Source of the DNA: Patescibacteria group bacterium
GTDB taxonomy: Bacteria > Patescibacteriota > Dojkabacteria > GCA-002793355
Direction of reading: 5' to 3'
Assembly: GCA_016860985.1 (NCBI GenBank)
Contig: BOKM01000001.1
Span: 220,185 to 284,184 of the forward strand
DNA: 64,000 nucleotides
Position 1 is the stretch's first letter, and every line of letters begins with the position of its first letter. The position numbers and the translations under genes were made by a program. The notes below the pieces were generated by a model, which did not search any database, was not told the DNA's origin, and was given only the letters and a program-made list of their open reading frames with translations. Shown piece after piece: positions 57,378 to 64,000 of the stretch.

Positions 57378-58760
57378 ATGAGTAATTATATACTAGATTC
57401 ACAAGGGATACTGCTACGGCTTGCGTTATCACTCTTTATAGGTTTTCTTGTTGGTATCGACCGAGATGACAGTTGGCAAAAAGCAAATGCTTCTTTACGT
57501 TCACGTTTTTCGTTTGTTAGACCAGGTAAACCAGCAGTTGGACTTGGAGGAGTAAGAACCTATGCGATACTCGCCATACTTGGAAGCATGCTTGGCACGC
57601 TTTATTATATAGATGCACGCACCTTGCCATTAATGCTAATCGTATTTTTTGGAATTGTGTCATACATCAGCATTGCGTATTTCCTTAATTTTTTTGACCG
57701 ACACACACTAGGGCTCACTACTGAACTTGGAATGCTTCTACTTTTCGCTGTAACGTTTGCTCTTGGGGCACACTTACTTGATTACCGCATTGCACTTGGC
57801 ATTGCCGTTTTAGTATCGCTTATTTCAAACTTAAAAGTTGAATTCAGAAATCTTATCGGCTCCTTTACAAAAAAGGAGATTTTAGAATCAATAGAGTTTG
57901 TCGCAATTTCTGCCGTTATCCTACCGTGGCTTCCAAATGTTACTATTACACTCAATCAGGTACTCTCTTTTATAGGTCTTAATGCCGGAAATTTTGGTAG
58001 TATTGCCATTCTCAACCCCTTTCAGTTCTGGATGGTTGTAGTATTTATCAGTGCGCTCAATTTTGCTGGATATTTTCTTGCTAAAACACTTCAATCTTCC
58101 TCTAGCATTTTGGTCACCGCTTTTCTTGGAGGGTTAGTATCTAGCACTTCGGTTACTCAATTCTTGGCAAGCAAAAGTAATGCAGCAAAAACTTCAGCCA
58201 CAAGTAAGCTTCTTGTGGCTGCGGTTCTATTAGCAAATATGACCAGTTTCATTCGTATACCGCTTATTGTGCTTGCCTTAAACCCTTCATTATTTACATC
58301 GGTTGTTCCTCCCCTATTTTTGCTTACACTCGTCACCCTAGTTATTGTTTTTCTTCTACGAAAAAATGGGGCAACAAAAGAGAGTGCGGTAACTATTTTT
58401 GCGTCGCCTTTGGCACTAAGGCCAGCACTTATGTTTGGGTTTCTGTTTTTGATTGTTTCGATTGCATCAAATATAGGAATTGCTGTGCTTGGAAAAGCAG
58501 GTTTTATCGCCACAGCACTTATTGCCTCTTTATCAGGGCTTGATGCAGTCACCTTGGTTACGGCAAGAGCTGTACCCGAAACTATTCCGATGCTCGTAGG
58601 AACAGGCGTACTTCTTGGTGCTACCGTCACAAACCTTCTGTTCAAGCTTGGTGTTATCGGCGTGTATGGAGAAAAACGATTTAAGAAGCTCTCTTTTCTT
58701 TGGCTTGGGGGTATTACCTTGCTCGGAGCGCTTCTTTTATTCGGTATAATTCTCCTATGA
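57378..58760 (+). CDS. MgtC/SapB-family membrane protein with DUF4010-like C-terminal region
   Basis: N-terminal MgtC signature (LLRLALSLFIGFLVGIDRD ... LGGVRTYAILAILGSMLG). Long hydrophobic C-terminal half. Confidence 0.5.
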   Translation: MSNYILDSQGILLRLALSLFIGFLVGIDRDDSWQKANASLRSRFSFVRPGKPAVGLGGVRTYAILAILGSMLGTLYYIDARTLPLMLIVFFGIVSYISIAYFLNFFDRHTLGLTTELGMLLLFAVTFALGAHLLDYRIALGIAVLVSLISNLKVEFRNLIGSFTKKEILESIEFVAISAVILPWLPNVTITLNQVLSFIGLNAGNFGSIAILNPFQFWMVVVFISALNFAGYFLAKTLQSSSSILVTAFLGGLVSSTSVTQFLASKSNAAKTSATSKLLVAAVLLANMTSFIRIPLIVLALNPSLFTSVVPPLFLLTLVTLVIVFLLRKNGATKESAVTIFASPLALRPALMFGFLFLIVSIASNIGIAVLGKAGFIATALIASLSGLDAVTLVTARAVPETIPMLVGTGVLLGATVTNLLFKLGVIGVYGEKRFKKLSFLWLGGITLLGALLLFGIILL

Positions 58761-59608
58761 TAGATTCGCATTGTCATTTAAACGCTTCGTACCCTAGTAA
58801 AGCAGCTGCTGCACCCACAATCGAGTCTTTTATATCAAAAGGCGGAAAACGAATTGTTGACGTGGCAACAAATATTGAAGAAATTACCATTAGCCAATCA
58901 CTTGCCCGTGCGTACCCTACGGCCATTTATTGCAATGTTGGATTGCACCCAGAAACACCAGACGGCAAAACTGATTCCTGGATAAAAATTCAAGATAGTC
59001 TTACAACACTTAGGTCAACAATAAACACCTTAATCAATCTCGTTGGGATTGGCGAAACAGGATTAGATTATAGTTACAAAGAAACACAGGGTGAATACTT
59101 CACCAAGGTAATTGAACAGCAAAGAGAACTTTTTGTTTCGCATATCGAATTAGCAAAAAAGAATGAACTGCCGCTAATTATTCATGCAAGAGGTGAGCAC
59201 CAACAAGATTATTCCGTGTATCAAGACGTTCTTGGCATACTCACCGAAGAGAAGTTTTCAGGAAGGGTGTATTTTCATAGTTTTGGCGGAACCAAAGAAC
59301 TCGCAGAAAAAATAGTAGACCAAGGTTATTTAATAGGCGTAAATGGCATTGTTACCTATTCCGGAGCACAAATTGTTGCAGAATGCATTCAATATGCACC
59401 ATTGTCTGCCCTTTTGCTTGAAACCGACGCACCTTTTCTGATACCAAGCAATCTTGATAGAAAAGAACTCCAAATTCCAAAGGTAAATGAGCCAATCGGT
59501 ATTTTTGCAACTGCTGCGCGGGTAGCAAAGCTTAAGAATACAGATGTTGCAGACGTTCTACACGCTGGTGAGCAGAATGCGCACGCCATTTTTGAAAGAA
59601 TGTTGTAA
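58757..59608 (+). CDS. tatD: TatD-family metal-dependent DNase/hydrolase
   Basis: MIDSHCHL N-terminus, GIGETGLDY, and His/Asp/Glu ligands of the TIM-barrel hydrolase. Start overlaps the upstream gene as ATGA. Confidence 0.8.
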   Translation: MIDSHCHLNASYPSKAAAAPTIESFISKGGKRIVDVATNIEEITISQSLARAYPTAIYCNVGLHPETPDGKTDSWIKIQDSLTTLRSTINTLINLVGIGETGLDYSYKETQGEYFTKVIEQQRELFVSHIELAKKNELPLIIHARGEHQQDYSVYQDVLGILTEEKFSGRVYFHSFGGTKELAEKIVDQGYLIGVNGIVTYSGAQIVAECIQYAPLSALLLETDAPFLIPSNLDRKELQIPKVNEPIGIFATAARVAKLKNTDVADVLHAGEQNAHAIFERML

Positions 59609-59631
59609 GAATCTCCCTATACAATTATGTC

Positions 59632-60336
59632 ATGGAAACACTTAATAATGGCGTTTGTTTGGGTAATTCACCGTATCTTACCTCAATACTTATGCCGCAA
59701 CTAAAGTTGCGGCATATCAACCTGCAGCGATTACAATCGATAGAAGAAATGCTGCAAGAGAAGTCCCCGTTTTGCATTATAGAAGGGGACCATCTGCTTC
59801 AGCAACCTGCAATAGTTCAACAAAAGCTTAGACCCTATTTTCTCGAAAAGAAGTTCTCACTTGCACTTCACTATTCAAAAGACTACAAGCAAAAACTCAA
59901 TCTACTCGAATTTGGTGTTCAAGTTTGCATTGATCTCCCCTGTTCTACCGAAGTTGTACTCAAAACCATAGAAAACAATATAGTTGCACTTACGCCAGCA
60001 AAGCCATCGCAAGCTCACCTTGAGCCAGAAGCTCCAACAACGTTTACTTACCTACACGATGGCATCGGTCGATATTTTCTTACAAACAAAACGAAGAGCA
60101 TCTACATGAATATCATTGAACAACGATTGCTTGAATATCTAAAGCGAAGAAAGGGATTTGTGAGTAAAAATGAACTTTCGTACGCTGGCTGGAAACATTT
60201 TGAAATGAAGCCAAATACGGTCACTGTCACAATTAAAAAGATGCGCGCAAAATTGCGTGCTATAAAACTCCCTTACCGAATTCGCTCACTCTATGGATAC
60301 GGGTATATGCTCGAACCAACAGAAACAATGAACTAA
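59632..60336 (+). CDS. OmpR/PhoB-type winged-helix DNA-binding protein with non-canonical N-terminal domain
   Basis: C-terminal trans_reg_C pattern (IEQRLLEYLKRRKGFVSKNELSYAGW...VTVTIKKMRAKL...YGYGYML). The N-terminus lacks receiver D-D...D...K residues. Confidence 0.5.
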   Translation: METLNNGVCLGNSPYLTSILMPQLKLRHINLQRLQSIEEMLQEKSPFCIIEGDHLLQQPAIVQQKLRPYFLEKKFSLALHYSKDYKQKLNLLEFGVQVCIDLPCSTEVVLKTIENNIVALTPAKPSQAHLEPEAPTTFTYLHDGIGRYFLTNKTKSIYMNIIEQRLLEYLKRRKGFVSKNELSYAGWKHFEMKPNTVTVTIKKMRAKLRAIKLPYRIRSLYGYGYMLEPTETMN

Positions 60337-61889
60337 AGCTCTGCCTTTTGTCCGTCTCTAACCTTTGGAGTAACCATAAAGGTCATTGATTTGCCTAACA
60401 TCATCTCGATTTGTGCTTGCAAGTAGGGAAAGAAGCCAAGAGTTAACGAGAATACGACTAACAACAACTGTTCAAAATAGTGCCAGATAAAGAATAGGAC
60501 TCCCCTGCTTTTTGGTGGCTGCCCGTACATTGCCTCAAGAATCGAACGTGAAGGAAATAACCCAAGCAAAGAGAAGGTCAAAAGAGTACTGACAATTTTT
60601 GGTAACACATGAGCAGAACTCGAAAGGCCGAAATCGGGGTTCAAAAGCGTGATCAATGGAATGGAAAAACTTAAAAGAAACGTAAGTGTCGAATAGAGAT
60701 TATAGACTCTAAATAGTTCAACTACACTGCCAATTTTTTTGCCTACACTAATGTTCTTATTGTTCTTTATTCCCTGAATAGTCATTGGGTACACGATGGC
60801 GCCCCACCCCCATCGACGTAATTGTTTATACATAACTACGTGCGACTTTACGTACGTGTCAGCTTGGACTGCGTCGTTATAACATGGAGCATAAAACTCT
60901 TCTCCGCGAAAATTGCCATCAAGTGCAAGAAAAGCTCTCCAGTAAAAACCGGTGTCATCAACTCCAATTTTTGGATCAAAATAATCAATCTGATGAAGAA
61001 GTTGTAAGTTGAATCCGTAACATGAAAACGATTGCTTCTTCTTTTTTGATACAACCCACTCACTCATCAGTGCCAACGTAAGCACTCCAGAGAAAACGCG
61101 CATTAAAACAGGTACATCCCAGTAATTGTTGGAATACAACATAATTGCAGGGGAGAAAAAGGCATAATATCGATTTGGGGTGGTAAGGTATGTATGAACA
61201 TAATTTGAAATGAACTTCGGGTGAATAAGCATATCGCTGTCATACTTAATAACCTGATAATTTCGTAAATCCTCACCTTTTTCGATTAACTCTTTCGCAT
61301 ACTCTCTAGATGCCCAGTTTAGGTTTGCACCTGCAATTCCTACCGCTTCGCCAGGAATATCTTTTGGATGGAGGTAAAACTTGAATTCAGCAAAAACACC
61401 TTGATATTCCTCCTGCAGCTTTTTCATTTGCTCTTTGAACTGCGGACCAGCACTAACTTCTAACCCAACGACAACAGATATTTTTTTTATATCAAATGTC
61501 GAGTTTTTTATGGAATCAAACGTTGCTTTTAATACAGCATACGGCTCTTTATAAACAGGGACCAATACCACTACTTTTAACTCATCAAAGGAAGCTGGGA
61601 GCTGCTCTTTGTTAGGAAGTTCTTCCCATACGAGTTTTTTAATCATCTCATCCCAATCGAGAGCTAACGCTCTTTTATATCGTCTAAAGGCAACAAGATT
61701 ACCGATGTTCGTTACAATCGTTTTATAGAACCAATACACAGACAAAAAGGCAACATAGTACAAAACGATTTCTGGTTTGCCGAGCAGCGTTGCCCAAATA
61801 GGAGCAAGCAGCAACAAGATAGTTACAAAACCAGGAATAATACGTACTACCTTAAAAAAGAGGGAGTCAAAATCATATATGTGTTTCAT
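60333..61889 (-). CDS. processive family-2 glycosyltransferase (cellulose/chitin/hyaluronan-synthase-like)
   Basis: DxD (VIKYDSDM) and QxxRW (YKQLRRWGWG) motifs. N- and C-terminal TM helices. Confidence 0.7.
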   Translation of the reverse strand: MKHIYDFDSLFFKVVRIIPGFVTILLLLAPIWATLLGKPEIVLYYVAFLSVYWFYKTIVTNIGNLVAFRRYKRALALDWDEMIKKLVWEELPNKEQLPASFDELKVVVLVPVYKEPYAVLKATFDSIKNSTFDIKKISVVVGLEVSAGPQFKEQMKKLQEEYQGVFAEFKFYLHPKDIPGEAVGIAGANLNWASREYAKELIEKGEDLRNYQVIKYDSDMLIHPKFISNYVHTYLTTPNRYYAFFSPAIMLYSNNYWDVPVLMRVFSGVLTLALMSEWVVSKKKKQSFSCYGFNLQLLHQIDYFDPKIGVDDTGFYWRAFLALDGNFRGEEFYAPCYNDAVQADTYVKSHVVMYKQLRRWGWGAIVYPMTIQGIKNNKNISVGKKIGSVVELFRVYNLYSTLTFLLSFSIPLITLLNPDFGLSSSAHVLPKIVSTLLTFSLLGLFPSRSILEAMYGQPPKSRGVLFFIWHYFEQLLLVVFSLTLGFFPYLQAQIEMMLGKSMTFMVTPKVRDGQKAEL

Positions 61890-61961
61890 GCGATTTTTGC
61901 AAAGTTTTTTGTATTATACCTCATTGACAATACTGCGTGAATATCGTACCCTGAAACGTAT

Positions 61962-64000
61962 ATGACACAGCCCCTTTCATACAAAGATTTACTGCATACA
62001 CCGACGCAATTAACCGAAAAAGACCTCGGCCGAAAAGGCATGAGCCTTGCGTCACTTGTATCTCAATCAATTCCTGTTCCACCGTTTTTTATCTTGCCAC
62101 CGGAGCTTTTTAAATCAATTATCGTAGATATCTTTAAAGATAAATCGGTTGCCTCACTTTCAGAGTTTAGAAAAAGAATTGCCAGCGATTCACTTTCTAC
62201 AGATACCGTTGCGCAGATAGAATCAGAATATGCCAAACTTTCGGGCTTTGGTAAAACGTGGGTTGCCGTACGATCTTCAATCGTTGCGCCAGAGCATCCA
62301 CAAGTTTCCTTTAGTGGGTTGCTTTCTTCAAAACTGAATGTTCGTGGTACTAAAGAAATTGACGAAGGTATTAAAGAGATATTCATGTCACTTTTTTCGG
62401 ATAGATCCTATGACTATTTAAAGCGTAACTCGATTTCCTACGGTGATGTGAGTACTGCAATAGTCGTCCAAAAAATGATTCAAGCCGAAGTATCTGGCAT
62501 CATGTACACTTACGACCCAATAACTACGAACGCTAGCCATGTTTCAATCGAAGCAGTATTTGGCCTTGGTGATGTACTTGCCGACGGAAATATCAATCCA
62601 GACATCTACACTGTATCTAAAGACACTCTTGATATCGTCGAAAAGAAGATTGTTCCCCAAGAATGGATGAAAGTCAGAAAAATGGGTGACACTCAATCCT
62701 TAGAGCATCTTCAAAAGATTACCATTTCCAAAATGTGGCAATACTCTCAAAAACTAGACGATGCCTTAATTCGAGAGCTCACAAAGCTTGCCGAAACTGT
62801 AGAAAACGCACTAGGTGGACCTCAAGTAATCGAATGGGCAATGGAGAGGGGTAATCTCTATGTTCTGCAAGCAAAACCAATCGCAACGGCAGTTAACACT
62901 GAACTCAAGCATTTGCACGAAACAAAGCGGAAAATCACTTCTGCCCAGGATTTAGACACATTCTCTACCTTGTCTGACACGGTATCAGTAAGCATTCATA
63001 CTCCTCCTCCAGAAGAAAAGCCAGTGGTTCTCCCACAAGAAACATTACTCTTTACAGGTACGCCTGCCTGCCCTGGAACAGTGTATGGAGAAGTACTTTT
63101 GTTGCCAAGCGCAGCAAGCCTTACAGAAGAATCGCTCGCAACATTAAAAACTACAATTACAAAAAAACACATTTTGGTAACCGACGAATTTACCGCTACT
63201 CTAGAACCTCTTTTCTTTCTTGCGGGAGCAGTTGTAACCAACTTCGGTGGAGCAAATAGTGATGTTGCCATTGTGGCAAGAGAAGCACAAATCCCGGCCA
63301 TTGTAGGTACAAGAATTGCTACCACATATCTACAAACAAGTACACTGCTTAAAGTCGACGGCGCAGCTGGAGCAATTTATCGAGTAGACTTCCTACCAGA
63401 AGTGTCCCAAGCACAAGATAGCCCAACAGCCGTTGAGCCAAAAACAAAAAAGAAGAAGTTAAAAAAACTTAAAAAGAAGAAATCACTTATTGTCGAAACC
63501 ACTCCTATCGAGGTAAAAGTTGAGCCAAAGTTGTTACAAAAACAGGAAGAATTACCCGTTAAAATCTACTTGCCCGAAACAGTTCAAAGCCCTTATCTCT
63601 ACCAATCAACAATCTCAAATTCGGCACTTCCAAGTATTATTCACTCAATTGTGCTACCGGTACAGAATGCACATAAAGAAACTGTACTACATATCAAAAA
63701 GTTAAAGAAATCACAGGCAGGGCATATTTATTTACTCCTTCCTGACTCGCCTTCCTTGGAAGAAATGCTCCAAACCAAAAGAGATTTAGCAGCAATGGGT
63801 ATTAGACGCTCCAAAAAAGTTAGTGTCATAGCGCGCGTGCAATCAATGTATGGGATCCTCAATACAAGAGTGTTTAACGATATCGGCGTTGATGGATTGG
63901 TCTTTGATATTCCAGCAATTGCGACAGCATATAAGCCAGGGAGCACCTCGATTGACAGCGAGCTTTTTGCATTAGTCGAAAAGGCAATTGACACGATTAA
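61962..64000 (+). CDS. PEP-utilising enzyme family protein (pyruvate,water dikinase / rifampicin-phosphotransferase-like), 3'-truncated at window edge
   Basis: Not in the ORF track because there is no stop before the window end. N-terminal PEP/pyruvate-binding ATP-grasp block (GRKGMSLASLVSQSIPVPPFFIL). Mobile domain GGANSDVAIVAREAQIPAIVG, where the usual phospho-His is Asp. Confidence 0.7.
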   Translation, partial: MTQPLSYKDLLHTPTQLTEKDLGRKGMSLASLVSQSIPVPPFFILPPELFKSIIVDIFKDKSVASLSEFRKRIASDSLSTDTVAQIESEYAKLSGFGKTWVAVRSSIVAPEHPQVSFSGLLSSKLNVRGTKEIDEGIKEIFMSLFSDRSYDYLKRNSISYGDVSTAIVVQKMIQAEVSGIMYTYDPITTNASHVSIEAVFGLGDVLADGNINPDIYTVSKDTLDIVEKKIVPQEWMKVRKMGDTQSLEHLQKITISKMWQYSQKLDDALIRELTKLAETVENALGGPQVIEWAMERGNLYVLQAKPIATAVNTELKHLHETKRKITSAQDLDTFSTLSDTVSVSIHTPPPEEKPVVLPQETLLFTGTPACPGTVYGEVLLLPSAASLTEESLATLKTTITKKHILVTDEFTATLEPLFFLAGAVVTNFGGANSDVAIVAREAQIPAIVGTRIATTYLQTSTLLKVDGAAGAIYRVDFLPEVSQAQDSPTAVEPKTKKKKLKKLKKKKSLIVETTPIEVKVEPKLLQKQEELPVKIYLPETVQSPYLYQSTISNSALPSIIHSIVLPVQNAHKETVLHIKKLKKSQAGHIYLLLPDSPSLEEMLQTKRDLAAMGIRRSKKVSVIARVQSMYGILNTRVFNDIGVDGLVFDIPAIATAYKPGSTSIDSELFALVEKAIDTI

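Noticed and set aside
1-64000. Alternative genetic code (code 25, UGA=Gly), as in some CPR lineages.
   Set aside because: Ribosomal proteins and EF-Tu/EF-G are full-length under the standard code, and TGA functions as a stop (for example the infA TGA overlapping the rpmJ ATG as ATGA).
1-64000. CRISPR arrays, rRNA genes, IS elements or transposases.
   Set aside because: No direct-repeat/spacer periodicity, no rRNA-like conserved stretches and no transposase-like ORFs were seen in the window.

Overview
This 64 kb window is a low-GC (roughly 40-45%) bacterial locus. Dense, overlapping genes, several standalone tRNAs and basic low-complexity extensions on ribosomal proteins fit a reduced-genome, Patescibacteria/CPR-like lineage; this lineage call is inference only. 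The core is the conserved translation cluster on the minus strand, fusA-tuf-S10-spc-alpha-rplM/rpsI (fusA-tuf-rpsJ-rplCDWB-rpsS-rplV-rpsC-rplP-rpmC-rpsQ-rplNXE-rpsN-rpsH-rplFR-rpsE-rplO-secY-map ... infA-rpmJ-rpsMKD-rpoA-rplQ-rplM-rpsI). Gene calls there come from clear sequence signatures. L30 and adk are absent, rpsL/rpsG are not upstream of fusA, and a roughly 7 kb non-ribosomal block is inserted between map and infA. That block holds RNase Y, HU, a CAP-domain protein, greA, an HD protein, tRNA-Glu and two unknown genes. Other recognisable genes are queA, surE, mscL, lepB, parB-like, truB, hrcA, rplU/rpmA, tatD, a trans-polyprenyl synthase, a processive GT2 synthase and a 3'-truncated PEP-utilising enzyme. 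I found four tRNAs (Glu-CUC, Ser-GGA, Glu-UUC, Leu-UAG) and no rRNA or CRISPR array. The most interesting content is a same-strand cluster downstream of an orphan groES (32.7-38.9 kb). It comprises two tiny membrane proteins, a VirB6/TrbL-like polytopic membrane protein, a 980-aa protein with a C-terminal M23-type peptidase domain after an internal TM block, and a secreted SH3b protein, with no ATPase. Other candidates are a putative minimal RNase P RNA antisense to a called ORF, and a conserved ~130 nt element with a tRNA 3'-end mimic present downstream of both tRNA-Glu genes. There is also a PEP-utilising enzyme whose phospho-carrier His is replaced by Asp, and a terpenoid-related gene set. 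All homology statements come from reading motifs by eye; no database search was run.
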